Positions 51,639-64,000 of a stretch of 64,000 bases of DNA are shown here, piece after piece (position 1 is the first letter of the stretch; each line of letters begins with the position of its first letter). Location of the stretch: NCBI RefSeq assembly GCF_006345805.1, contig NC_042999.1, positions 63,054,001 to 63,118,000 on the forward strand, written 5' to 3'. The notes under the pieces are model-generated. The model was not told the origin of the DNA. It did not search any database and worked only from the letters and a program-made list of their open reading frames with translations. The DNA comes from Octopus sinensis (Eukaryota). The position numbers and the translations under genes are program-made.

Positions 51639-52953
51639 TGTGTAAAACAGTAAGTGTAGGATTAATTTGAGTAAATTCACAAAGTATGAAATTTTTAGAT
51701 ATTTTTTTTTCTTTTAATAAAAATAAATCATTAAAACGATTGCTCTATGGCATATTATAAAGGGCCTGAATGACTTCAAAAATAAATATTGGATGTGACT
51801 CTGTAGTTAAGAAGTTTGCTTCCTAACCACATGGTTTTGGGTTCAGTCCCACTCATGGTTTATATCTCCTTGTCTTCACATTGAGATCTGGTAGCAACTG
51901 ATTATTATTCATTTCCGATATTCTCTGAAAATATGTCTGGTCAAGAGCAAATATTTTGCTGGAAATAGTAAAGGTTGGTGACAGGAAGGGCATCCAGCTG
52001 TAGAGAATTTGTGTGACTCATGGTAGCATAGGAAAGTGGACATTAAAACAATGATGATGATGGGCCAGCACTAACGAGCCCAAATTTATATCCACTACAA
52101 AGTTTACATACGGACATGTTTATGTTGAGAAAAACACTAAAATTTAAGCTGTGAAAAATAGGTGCCAAATCTTTTGAGAAAATTACACAGCAATAAGATG
52201 GTGACTCATCCAGGAGCAGGTGGAGATGATGCATTCTTTCATCCACTTAATGCTGCCAGAGATCATAAAGCTAAACACTGAATCCGCTTAGCACTGCAAG
52301 AGCAGAAGAAGAGCAGATGTGAGAGATAATCATTCCAGGTGGTTGCTATGTGTGTGTATGCAGGTTAGAGAGAGAGAGAGAGAGAGAGAGAGGAAGAGAG
52401 AGAGAGAGAGACCTAGGCAGATGGTTTAAATATATATATATATATATATATATACATACACACACACAATATTGCAAGAGTCAGATTTCTCTTCTTACAT
52501 TTGGTCAATGTGTGTGTGTGTGAGAGAGAGGGGGATAGAGAGAGACAGAGAGGGAGGGAGAGAGGGGGGGTGTAAGAGAAGTGAGGTAGAGATGGAAAAG
52601 ACTCCACCCCTTCAGCCATTGTAATCATAGCAATAAAACAAAAACACAATGGGTGGGAACTGCAGAAATGACAGGGGTAAATGGCTCTGAATATCCTATT
52701 ACTTAAAATTGTGTCATATTTGTAAAGCAGGTGTTTTCATACAACAGTCTCTTAAACCATGGCATGATTATACACACAAAACACACACAGATAACAATCA
52801 GCTTTACAATAAACAGAAAAGACTCTTTCTAGGCTTATTGCTGGAAAAAATAAGTGAATCATTACAAATATCAATTCAATGATATAATGTGGTTTTCTTC
52901 CAATTATGGCACTTGAATTAATTTGGTCTGGCTTTAATTTCTTTTGTTTTATT

Positions 52954-53331
52954 TCTTTTACTTGTTTCAGTCTTAGACTGTGGCCATGCTGGGGTACTTC
53001 CTTGAAGGATTAGTTGAACAAATCAACTCTAGTACTTATTTTTAAGCCTGGCACTTATTCTATTGGTCTCTTTTGCTGAACTGCTAAGCTATAGGAATTT
53101 GTACAGGCCAACAATAGTTGTTAAGTGGGGTGAGGGACAAACACAAAGACAGACACATGTGCTTGCGCACGCGCACACACAATACATATATATCAAATCC
53201 ACTCCAAAGACTTTGGAAAGCCTGGGGCTATAATCGAAGACATTGAGCCAAGGTGTAGCACAGTAGGACTGAACCCAAAACCATGTGGTTAGGAAGTAAG
53301 TTTCTTACCACACAGCCACATCTGTGCCTAT
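52954..53331 (-). mobile_element. SINE family A, older and diverged
   Basis: Colinear with the family but with many substitutions. Confidence 0.75.
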
Positions 53332-53494
53332 TTATATTTTTTTGTAAGGGTTGAATCAAGAGAATTGAGGTACTGAATTAGCTATGAAAGCTTTAAATAA
53401 TAAGAAAGTTATATATACATACATATATTTATACACACACACACACATACATATATATATACATAATTTCTTTTTATTCACTTTGTGTTTATTT

Positions 53495-53635
53495 CCTCGT
53501 ATTCCTTTCTGTTGAAAGGAGCATAGGTTCAAAACATAAAAGGCTTTTTCACCTTCCTGAGTGTCAAACTAAAACACCTGCTTGTTGTTTGTACACCTGT
53601 CTTCATCTATAGTTTTTCTGTAAATTTCAACTATA
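53495..53635 (+). mobile_element. Penelope-like terminal fragment with a decayed hammerhead-like motif (about 53505-53543)
   Basis: Reverse-complement similarity to 36380-36530; CTTT-CTGTTGA...GAGCATAGGTTC-AAAAC-ATA-AAAG. Confidence 0.5.
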
Positions 53636-55065
53636 TATATATATATATACTTGCTGAGGTACCCGGTAATAAATTTATGTTAATAAGATATCTGTTTATA
53701 GTGATGAAACATTTTTCGTCAAGTTTCGACATTTTTCAAAAATTTAAAATCTATATTAATGGGTAGGACCAATTTGATGAAAAAATGAGCAGAGTCTGGT
53801 AGCGAACCCATGCTGTTGTCATTTTTGTGCATGCATGTAAAATGGTGAAATTTTACGCTTTGGGACAGATTTTGTCAAATTGATGTCACGACAGATAGTG
53901 CACAAAATGCCTAACATTTTGCTTGAGAAATAAAATACTTTTTCCTAATCAAAATCTGAAACGCTGTGGAATTAAAACAACGAATTGAAATAATAAGTTT
54001 TAGCAAATCAAAACAATTCACATTGAAATGGAGAATTAGCAAATGCTAAATAGATTACCGTTAGTTAATAAGCTGTCTGCTTATGCTCATGAAACATTTT
54101 TCGTCAAATTGATGTCATGATGGCTAGAGTGGAAAATTATTCCAAAGGAATAAAATGGTGTAAAACAATGTAATCTTCTCTTCAGGGAAATGAAGAAATG
54201 AAACTCGTCAATAAGACATTTTAACAGAAAATGATAGATATGTATTGTGTTTAACTGAATGCTATTAAGTTTGTTTAAAAAAAATGTTAGAGGTAGCCTA
54301 TAGAAAGGGGAGGGGTAAAGGAAAGAAAAAAAACCCAAATAAATGATAAGTATATAACGATATTTATATTAAATAAAACCCTATAGTTAACAACGGAAAA
54401 GTACACACATCTATTTATATATATATATCACCGTGATCGACCAGGCTATCAGATGTTGCTGCACATCGCTGGTCACAATGCGCTTCGCATTGTTTTAGCC
54501 TTCAAATGACGCCACTCCGCTGGCTAAGCGAGCAGGCCAACAGAAGAAAGAGTGAGAGAAAGTTGTGGCGAAAGAGTACAGCCATAGCTATGTGGTAAGA
54601 AGCTTGCTTCCCAACCACATGCTTCTAGGTTCAGTCCCACTGTGTGGTACCTTGGGTAAGTGTCTTCTACTATAACCTTGGGCTGACCAAAGAACTGAGA
54701 GCGATTTAGGAGATGGAAGCTGAAAGAAGCTTGTTGTATATATATATAAATAAGTATGTGTGTGTGTTTGTGTGTATGTCTGTGTTTATCTTTCCCCCAC
54801 CCACCACCTGACAACTGGTGTTGGCGTTTGTGTCCTCCACCGTAACTTAGTTCAGCAAAAGAGACTGATTAATGCAGGTGCGTATTGTAGAAGATATAAT
54901 TCACTGCTAACATAACCACTACTACTTTTAGATGTGTATGCGTCTCTAATTATTTAAGTGACACAGGATATCTACTCGCTTAACTTGATACCAGATAAAA
55001 AACAAAGATGATCCTACAGATGCAATCTGCAAGCAGGTATTATTGTAGCTGTCTAAATAATAACA

Positions 55066-55098
<33 letters not shown>

Positions 55099-55667
55099 CA
55101 TAATAATAATCATAATTTCTTACATAAGCATGAGTCCTCAGATCAAGTTGTGACATGCCATTTTTCTCAATGCCTTTCAGGGGCAACTGAATCCTTACTA
55201 CATACACCTGTCAATTGAAACTGTGCCGCAGATATCTTTCAAGAACAAAATACTATTTATACCTTGATGTTTTCAATGACTAATAGCTAATTTGGGCATG
55301 TAATTCCAAGTTCATATGGCATCGTTGTCAAGTGTCTTTTACTATAGCCCTGGACTGACCAATGCCTTGTGAGTGGATTTCCAGACAGAAACTGTGAGGA
55401 AGCCCATTATGTATGTGTGTGTGTGTGTGTCTTTGTGGTTGTTTCTCCACCACCATTTGACAATAAATGTTGGCATGTTTATGTCCCCATAACTTAGCAG
55501 TTTGTCAAAAAAGACTAATAAAATAAGCACAAGAACTGACTTGTTTAACTAAACTTTTCAAAGAAAGTGTGCTCCTGTAAGTTGAATGAGTGAAGAAAAG
55601 TAAAAGATAAAATATTCTATTCTTTTGGTATTCTTTCTCATGAATTTCATAAATAAAAATAGATATA

Positions 55668-56064
55668 AGCGTAGGAGTGGCTGTGTAGTAAGTAGCTTGC
55701 TTACCAACCACATGGTTCTGGGTTCAGTCCCACTGCGTGGCACCTTGGGCAAGTGTCTTCTACTATAGCCTTGGGCCGACCAAAGCCTTATGAGTGGATT
55801 TGGTAGACGGAAACTGAAAGAAGCCCGTCGTATATGTGTATATATATGTGTGTGTGTGTGTATTTGTGAGTCTGTGTTTGTCCCCCCAATATCGCTTGAC
55901 AACCGATGCTGGTGTGTTTACGTTCCCGTAACTTAGCGGTTCGGCAAAAGATACCGATAGAATAAGTACTAGGCTTACAAAGAATAAATCCTGGGGTCAA
56001 TTTGCTCAACTAAAAGCGGTGCTCCAGCATGGCCACAGTCAAATGATTGAAACAAGTAAAAGAA
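55668..56064 (+). mobile_element. SINE family A
   Basis: Full-length match; partial copies also at about 34075-34330, 54582-54870, 55325-55510, 57162-57385, 59724-59920 and 63017-63128. Confidence 0.88.
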
Positions 56065-57041
56065 TATTTGAAAGTCAAACTTTCACTGAATGTACAATTC
56101 AAAAAGTGCCAAAATTAATCATGGAAATAATAAGATGATAATGTAATGTGGTTTACAGATTCCCTTTATACAGCAGAGTCATGTTAAAAAAAACAAAAAA
56201 AAAAAACTTTTGTAAGTATAATTGCAAGAGATTTGTTATTACTCAATACTGCCTTATGATACCTAAATCTCCTGACCCTAGGTACTAGGTGAGCAAGCAG
56301 ACCTCCATGATTTAAGAGTAGCAACTGATCAAACACTTGGCAGTGACCCCACAACAACATGTCAAATAAAAGCTAGTATTTGTGCATGTAACCCAAACAT
56401 ACTGGTATTTATTTTGTTAACCTTGGAGAAGATGGAAAACTAAGTGAACTTATGTAGTGAGAGAACTGTAAGCCACCAAACTACTAATCAATTTTTTTTA
56501 GCTTAGTCTGGCATCCTACCAAGGAGCATATCATCCAACTTCTAGCCAAACACAATGGGGAAGGAGTTCCAAAAATATAAGAACATTTTCTCTGAGGTAC
56601 AATAACTACAAGTCGGAAAAGCACTGGTTAGGGAGTTTCTTGACCTTTCCAGGGTAGCAACATTAAATGTCTTTTAATGAACACCATGCCATTGAAATTA
56701 GAACTGTATTCTTTAAATTCTTACATCGTAGGACAACATGTTGTACAAGGTGGTCAAACAGACTACTAATTAAACAATTCTTCAATCAGCTAAAACCACA
56801 CCATATGCCCTCCTTCAGTAAAGGTGAATAGGTCGACTCTACAATTATAAGAACTAAAAATAGAAAAGTTTTCAAAGTGAATCTTCAGGTAAGTAGTAGT
56901 AGGGTAAGACAAACTAGACTGCAATTTTCAGTTTTATTTTTTCCTCTTTTTCTTTTCTGAAAGTCATCCAAAATATATCATATTACGGGGACTCAAAAAT
57001 GATTGAGTGGTAAAACAACAAAGTGATGGACTAAATAAGCC

Positions 57042-57160
57042 TTAACCCTTTAGCATCCAAACTGGTCTTATCCAGCCCCAAAATTCTACCTGTTTTATAT
57101 TCAGACCAGCCAGATCCAGCCTCTCACACTCACCCTACAATGTCATTCTAAAAATAAACA
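57042..57160. mobile_element. piggyBac-type MITE family 2, truncated where a SINE begins
   Basis: TTAACCCTTTAGCAT start; similarity stops at the SINE head near 57162. Confidence 0.6.
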
Positions 57161-57764
57161 TAGGCGTAGGAGTGGCTGTGTGGTAAGTAGCTTGCTTACA
57201 AACTACATCGTTCCGGATTCAGTCCCACTGCATGGCACCTTGGGCAAGTATCTTCTACTATAGCCTTGGGCTGACCAAAGCCTTATGAGTGAATTTGGTA
57301 GACGGAAACTGAAAGAGGCCCATCATATATATATATATGTATGTGCTCGTGTGTCTGTGTTTGTGCCCCAACCATCGCTTAACAACCTCTCAAGTGCTGG
57401 TGCCATGAAAAAATGCACCCAGCACACCCTCTAAAGTGGTTAGTGTGAGGAAGGGCATTCAGCCACAGAAACCATGCTAAAATAGACATTCAAACAAGAC
57501 ATGATCTTCTTACCACATTGACCTTGTAGAACCATCCAACCAGATATCAAATATTGGTTTCAAATTTTAGCACAATGTCAGCAATTACAGGGGAGGTGCT
57601 AAGTTGATTACATCGTCCCCACTGCTTAACTGGTACTTATTTTGTTGAGCCTGAAAGGATGAATGGCAATGTCGACCTTGGGGAAATTTGAACTCAGAAC
57701 ATAAATATCAACGAAATGCCACTAAACATTTTGCCTGATTCTGCCAACATGCCATCTCAATCTG

Positions 57765-58100
57765 AGACCTCTTTTGGTCACGACACAGACCATGGGATTG
57801 CACCTAGAAAGTTACCCTCCCAGGCACAAGTCCGAGCAAGGTTGTTTATGAGACTAGCAGTCGCCCATGCATACTGGCCTCCTCTCTCCATGCCACCAGT
57901 GTTATCCAAGGGAAAGGCGAAGGGGCCGATACAGCTTAGCACCTGTGACGTCGCAACTCATTTCTACAGCTTAGTGAACTGGAGCAACGTGAAATAAAGT
58001 GCCTTGCTCAAGAACACAACACGTAGCCTGGTCTGGGATTCGAACTCACAACCTCACAATCATAAGCTCGACGCTCTAAACACTGAGCCATGTGCCTCCA
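57765..58100 (-). mobile_element. tRNA-head SINE family E
   Basis: Reverse complement of 19546-19880. Confidence 0.85.
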
Positions 58101-58424
58101 CAGACATGCCAACTTAATCAGACATGAAATAATGGTAATGATGATGATACACTCCTCCTCACTTTACTGATTTGTTCACTTGGTCCAGATTCGTAATCTT
58201 GTTTACCTTATATATATATATATGACAATACGCACATCTAAACAAGGTTGTATTGAGCACTTCTATGATTTCCTTTCTGTGAATTTCATCAACATCAACA
58301 AAAAAAAAAAACACACAGGCACTCATTTAGATGTAATGAGTACTTTATTTTGAATATTCTCCTTCACGTTCATTTGCTCTATCTATTATTTACACACAGA
58401 CACACACACTCACTCAAATATGTT

Positions 58425-58675
58425 CGGTGGCACGTAAAAAGCACCATTCGATCGTGGTGGCCGTTTGCCAGCCTCGTCTGGCACCTGTGCAGGTGGCACG
58501 TAAAAAGCACCCACTACACTCACGGAGTGGTTGGCGTTAGGAAGGGCATCCAGCTGTAGAAACACTGCCAGATCAGACTGGGCCTGGCGCAGCCTACTGG
58601 CTCCCCAGACCCCAGTTGAACCGTCCAACCCATGCTAGCATGGAAAACGGACGTTAAATGACGATGATGATGATG
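58425..58675 (+). mobile_element. Repeat family B
   Basis: Family motif with (GAT)n tail. Confidence 0.8.
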
Positions 58676-59971
58676 ATATATATATATATATATATATATA
58701 TAGTAAATAAATGAGAAGGAGAGAGTGTGTCAGATAGATTTGAAAGATTAGCAGTGGTGTCAAACCACACCATCAAACCTGCTGTTATGAACAAAAATAA
58801 ACTTAACAAAAAAAAAAAAAAGCCAGTCTTTTCTTCACACCAGCATTACAACCACACACACACCAACTGTTTTAACATATGCTGTGAGATGAGACTAGAA
58901 GGGTGAGGCTGCTGGGTATGAAACAAGTATACAACATGGTATTAACTAAACCCAAAACTCCCCCCCCCACTCTTCTCCAAGTTTTCTTTCTTTTTCTACC
59001 ACTTGGCGAATCTCCACCTTCCCTCACTTCTCCCCCTCCCCGCAAAACAGTCTCCCCCCACCCCCTGCCACCACTCTCACTCTCTGTCTGTCTCTCTTTC
59101 TCTCTCTGACCTTTATAATCGGATGACTCATCCTGACTGCATCTATCACCCAAAAGTTAACTCCCACCTTGGTACCACTATACACACACACACACATATA
59201 TATACACACACGCGCGCACGCATAAATATTGAGAGAGAGAGAGAAACTTCTCATTCACTAACTAAGCTACCCTCTGACTACTGGCAACACCCACAAGTTG
59301 TGTTCTGAGTTCTGTTTACTGCCTGCATGATGGTGTTGTAGTCAGTGGTGGTGGGGGGGTGTACTTACAAGTATCTTTTTGAATAAATACATATGCAGAT
59401 ATGTTGCAAAAGGAGGAAGAAAACAGATGCCCCTCTCCCCATGCATGACCGGGAAGAGAAGGAGAGAGAAACATAGAGATGCACACTCACACCCACATGC
59501 ACACACACACACACACACCAAATCCACACTCAAGAGCTGTAGTGTGTCTTGCAGTGTCATGAAACTCCACCCTAACATAATAATGATAAAATGCATCATA
59601 CACAGTCTTCTTCGATCGTCATCATATTCACCATTTACCATTCTACTAAAACTCCCACCTGGTATGGTCTGACTGATGTGGGTCTGTTATATTACAAATA
59701 TTCATATCCTATTTATTCGTTTATCTTTTACTTGTTTCAGCCTTAGGACCGTGGCCATGCTGGGGCATTGCCTTGAATGGTTTAGCCATACAAATCAATC
59801 AGAGTTCATATTTTTCAGTTTTGTACTTATTCTATCAGTCTCTTTTGATGAACTGTTAAGTTACGGAGATGTAAGCAAACCAACACTGGATGTCAAGTTG
59901 TGGTAGTGGGATAAACGCAAACACACATATATAATATATATATATATATATACACATATATACACAAGCAT

Positions 59972-60297
59972 TTAGGAGCACTCTGTTGGTTATGATGACG
60001 AGGGTCCCAGCAGATACAATCAACGGAACAGCTTGCTTGTGAAATTAACGTGCAAGTGACTGAGCAATCCACAGACACATGTACCCCTAACGTAGTTCTC
60101 AGGGAGATTCAGCATGACACAGAGTGTAACAAGGCCGGCCCTTTGAAATACAGGTACAACTCATTTTTGCCAGCTGAGTGGACTGGAGCAACATGAAATA
60201 AAGTGTCTTGCTCAAGGACACAACACGTCACCGGGAATTGAACTCACAACCTTACAATCATGAGCCGAATGCCCTAACCACTAAGCCATGCACTTTA
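59972..60297 (-). mobile_element. tRNA-head SINE sharing the central core, different tail
   Basis: Core gtccactcagctggcaaaa shared with 5973-6212 and family E. Confidence 0.7.
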
Positions 60298-60423
60298 CAC
60301 ACACAACATATACATAAACATATACATATCTATACACATTCAAACACACACATACACACATGTATGTATGTATGTATGTATGTATGTATGTATGTGTGTG
60401 TACATATATATATATATATCAGT

Positions 60424-60731
60424 TTAAAATGAGGGTGAGAAATTAGATATTAATTTAATTAACATCAATTTCACACCAGTGGTCTAGCATATAAAAAACC
60501 TGAAGGTTCAGTAAAATTGTATTATATACATATTAGAGGGAAACCACTATGTGGACACCCTTATGCTAGAAAGAGATCCGCTATGGTTTTACCACTAAGA
60601 AATGTTCTCAAAATGATTACATTTTGGTTGATTTGCTAAATTTTTCTTGAGAACATTTCTTAGTGGTAAGACCATAGCGGATCTATTTCTAGCATAAGGG
60701 TGTCCACATAGTGGTTTCCCTCTAATATGTA
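60424..60731. repeat. Repeat ending in a fold-back: arms about 85 bp (60527-60611, 60647-60731), 35-nt spacer
   Basis: Arms are near-perfect reverse complements; related copy at about 21245-21744. Confidence 0.85.
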
Positions 60732-62164
60732 CGTATATATATATATATATATATGATGGCCTCTCCCATTGAATGTGATGTATGAGTGTTCAACTTTTTG
60801 CACAATGACCTGCACAAATGATTTGTTTATTAGTGATCAAATGTATGTGTTGTGCATTAGCTCATCCTCCCCATCAAATCAACCTTGCCCAAAACACGTG
60901 CATGGTGTACCATGCATCAAGAGTCAAAGTGACTGCGAATCAATGTGAGATGAAGTGTTTTGTTCAAGAACACAGTGCGCCACCGATTTGTAGTGAACTG
61001 AAACCACGATGTCATGATCATGAGTGCAACACCCTACTAACTAGGCCAAGCACCCTCACTGTATATATGTATACTTATGGGCTTTCACAGTTTCTCTAGA
61101 CCAAATTCACTTACAAGGCATTGGTGTGTTGGGAACAAGAGCAGAAGAGACTTATCCAATGTACTGTGCAGTGGGACTGACCCCAACGCACAACAAGACC
61201 ACACAGAAGCAATTTTTGTTTTAAATTCTGATCAACAACTGGTGAAATCGACTGCTTTGCTAGGTCACAATCAGTTTGATCTGAAATTATCTTGGGTGCC
61301 AACTGCCACTTGCAAGTGAGTATACACTGGCAGCATGTACCATGCTTTCATTAATTTAGATGCTTATGTAGTTTTAAGAAGACGGACATCTTTCTCCACC
61401 TTTCTGTCCTGTGACCCAGCAGAACCATGAGGATGTCACAGCTGAAGAGAGAAAAGGCTTTAGTGGTATTAGTCTGGTACCCAATTTCAGCTGAGTACAC
61501 TAAAACACTTTAAAATACAATGTTACCTAGCTCAGGAACTCAACCCACAACTTGGATTTTATGATTGTGAGCCCCAAATCCTAACCACTACACCAACACC
61601 TTCACATGAATAACCACATATACACACATTTTATATAGCCATATATACTGTGTAAACATGGGTATATAAATATAAATATATTATGTTACATATATATACA
61701 TGCATACTGGGATTTATGTATGCAAATTTTTGTGTGTGTATGTGTGTCTGAGAGTGAGTATGTATGTAGAATGGTAAACGTTTGCATTTGCAAATCAAGA
61801 AGCTGTACTCAATACATAAAGTTTGTAAATTTTTTTAGCAGTTGAAGTTTCAGGTTACCAATTATTTAAATGTTTGTTTGAATAATTGGCAACGCACACA
61901 CACACATTTATATATATATGTGTGTACATATATTGGCATGTTTATAACTTTAAAAAACGCTGCAAATGGAAATGCAACTATAAAAATTCTATGTCCAAAC
62001 CGAATCTGAGAACATCAACATATGTAAATACTGAGCCCCAACAAAATAAATATAAAAATTTGAAGTTGGTAATTCAGAGTAGCTGTTAAAGCAATAACTG
62101 AGAAGCACACAAGTTAACTTGGTAGTAATAATGACATAGTAGTAATAAGGTGATTGTGTGTTTG

Positions 62165-63016
62165 CAGTATTGAATGAACCAGACCTGCAAGAACTTGCCA
62201 CTTGTCTCGCAGAAGCAGCAAAAGCCTTCGGACTGACCATTAGCCTGCGAAAAACTGAAGTGATGCTTCAGCCTGCACCTGGCCTGACACCTCCTGAGAT
62301 TGAGATTGAGGGCACAACTCTGAACAACGTAGAGAGCTTTACATACCTGGGAAGCTGCCCGTCCTCAAACAGCAGCATGGACAAAGATGTCTCCATGAGG
62401 CTTGCAAAAGTAGGAGCTTCGTTTGGCAGACTTTGGACACGTATGTGGGCTGAAAGAGGCATCAGACTTTCCACCAAGCTGCCAGTCTATAGGGCAGTTG
62501 TCATCACCTCTCTGCTCTATGACTGTGGGATGTGGACGCTGTATAGGAGGCAAATGCGAATACTTGACCAGTTCCACCTCTGTTGCTTGCAACGAATCAT
62601 GGGAATTTCCTGGGAGGACAGAGTCTCCAACACTGAGGTGCTTTGCAGAGCCGAAGCCCTCATCATGAAGGCCCAGCTCCAGTGGGTTGGACATGTAGTG
62701 CGAATGGATGACGCACATCTACCAAAGATGATCTTCTCTGAACGGGCTACTGGAGCAAGAAACCCTGGAAGGCCACTGAGGCGATACAAGGACAGCCTAA
62801 AAACTTCCCTTGAAGCTTGCAACATTTCAGCCCGTGGCTGAGAATCACTTGCCTCTGACTGCGGCGCCTGGCGTCCAGCTGTCCAAAAGGGTGTTAGGCT
62901 GTTTGAGGAAAAGTGCCTCAATAGCCTGGACCAGAAACGACAAGCCTGAAAAGAGAGGATCCCCAACCCTACTTCTGCTGTTACGTGCCCAACATGTGGC
63001 CGCGTCTGCCTTTGGG
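62165..63016 (+). mobile_element. RTE-clade LINE ORF2 3' fragment, 5'-truncated and pseudogenised
   Basis: GLTISLRKTEVM, FTYLGS, KLPVYRAVVITSLLY, WVGHVVRM, GRPLRRYKD, then stops and a CPTCGRVC zinc-finger-like end; joined to a SINE head near 63017. Confidence 0.92.
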
Positions 63017-63826
63017 TTCCACCCGAGGCTATAGTAGAAGACACTTGCCCAAGGTGCCATGCAGTGGGACTGAACCCGGAACCATGTGGCTGGTAAGCAA
63101 GCTACTTACCACACAGCCACTCCTACACCTACTTAACTCTTCGGCACACACCATACATGTAACCACAACTATTTCCCTAAGTCGATCTCAGTGGGATTTG
63201 AACTCAAACAGTAAATGGGATGGAAAAAAATGCTACAAAGCATTTTGTCCAAGATGCTAATGATTCTGCCAGCTCATTACCTTTTACATTTTACTACTGC
63301 TAATTAAACTCTTCTCCCACACACCATACATACAACTACAGCTGTCTCCACCACTAACACAATCACCACAAAACAACTACCCCAGCTTCCCACTTCCACA
63401 CCCTAGCTATCACAGCACCTAACCCCATGAACGCAGCCACCCCTTTAATATAGCTACCATTATAATTCCATTTCTACTAAAACTACCACTACTACTTACC
63501 ACCACTCACATAACCTTATAAACTTTCATCAACATCATAATCATTTTCACAATTATGCACTGTTGCCATTAACACTACCACAATGCAGTGTCAACTAACA
63601 CTTACTTAAATCACAATAATTATACAGAGAATTTTAATTAGTTAATGACCCGAGTCCAATAACATGTTAACACCCATTTTCATTCTGAGCCCTCTTGGCT
63701 GAACAAGGTTTTACCAATTCCCATGAGAACAAAACACAGTTCCATGAACTATTGCTGAAACAAAAAGAAATTAAACCACTGAAAGTAAATTACAAATACA
63801 CACATGCACACACCACTTTATTTTTT

Positions 63827-64000
63827 ACTAGTTTCAGTCATTAGACTGCAGCCATGCTGGCGCACCGCCTTTAGTTGAGCAAATCGACCCCAGGACTTAT
63901 TCTTTTTAAGCCTAGTACTTATTCTATCGGTCTCTTTGGCCGAACCACTAAGTTACAGGGACGTAAACACACCAACATCAGTTGTCAAGTGATGTTGGGG
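63827..64000 (-). mobile_element. SINE family A, runs off the window end
   Basis: 3' portion of the family. Confidence 0.85.

Noticed and set aside
45426-59133. AP-1 TGACTCA sites at 45426, 52014, 52202 and 59124
   Set aside because: Several are expected by chance in 64 kb of this composition.
59369-59442. ATG plus 74 nt ending at a strong GTAAGTAC donor, phase-compatible with the 20431 acceptor
   Set aside because: The peptide MGRGASVFFLLLQHICICIYSKRY shows no resemblance to VGLL4/Tgi N-termini; unsupported without cDNA.

Overview
AT-rich, repeat-dense animal genomic DNA. The SINE, MITE and microsatellite landscape looks like an Octopus genome (inference from recognised repeat types, not verified). 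One protein-coding gene is supported: a VGLL4/Tgi (Tondu-domain Hippo-pathway co-repressor) orthologue on the minus strand. Three in-phase exons were recovered (20431-19953, 12716-12600, 4122-3854; about 287 aa, 5'-incomplete). They encode a PLNLS motif, an RPSVITC motif and three TDU motifs. No upstream coding exon was recognised in the remaining 43 kb. The rest is intron filled with tRNA-head SINEs, RTE-tail repeats, RTE LINE fragments, mariner and Tigger remnants, Tc2-, hAT- and piggyBac-type MITEs, and Penelope-type ends carrying minimal hammerhead ribozyme motifs. Most interesting: (i) the symmetric TDU1 exon starts with a recursive-splice-like AG|GTATGT, and its TDU1 lacks two normally conserved residues; (ii) a 465-bp fold-back element joins tRNA-like heads to hammerhead-bearing tails inside a VGLL4 intron; (iii) a further intact hammerhead motif lies on the transcribed strand; (iv) an internally deleted Tigger still carries an open N-/C-terminal fusion ORF next to the last exon. 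Repeat boundaries are approximate unless a TSD or TIR is quoted.
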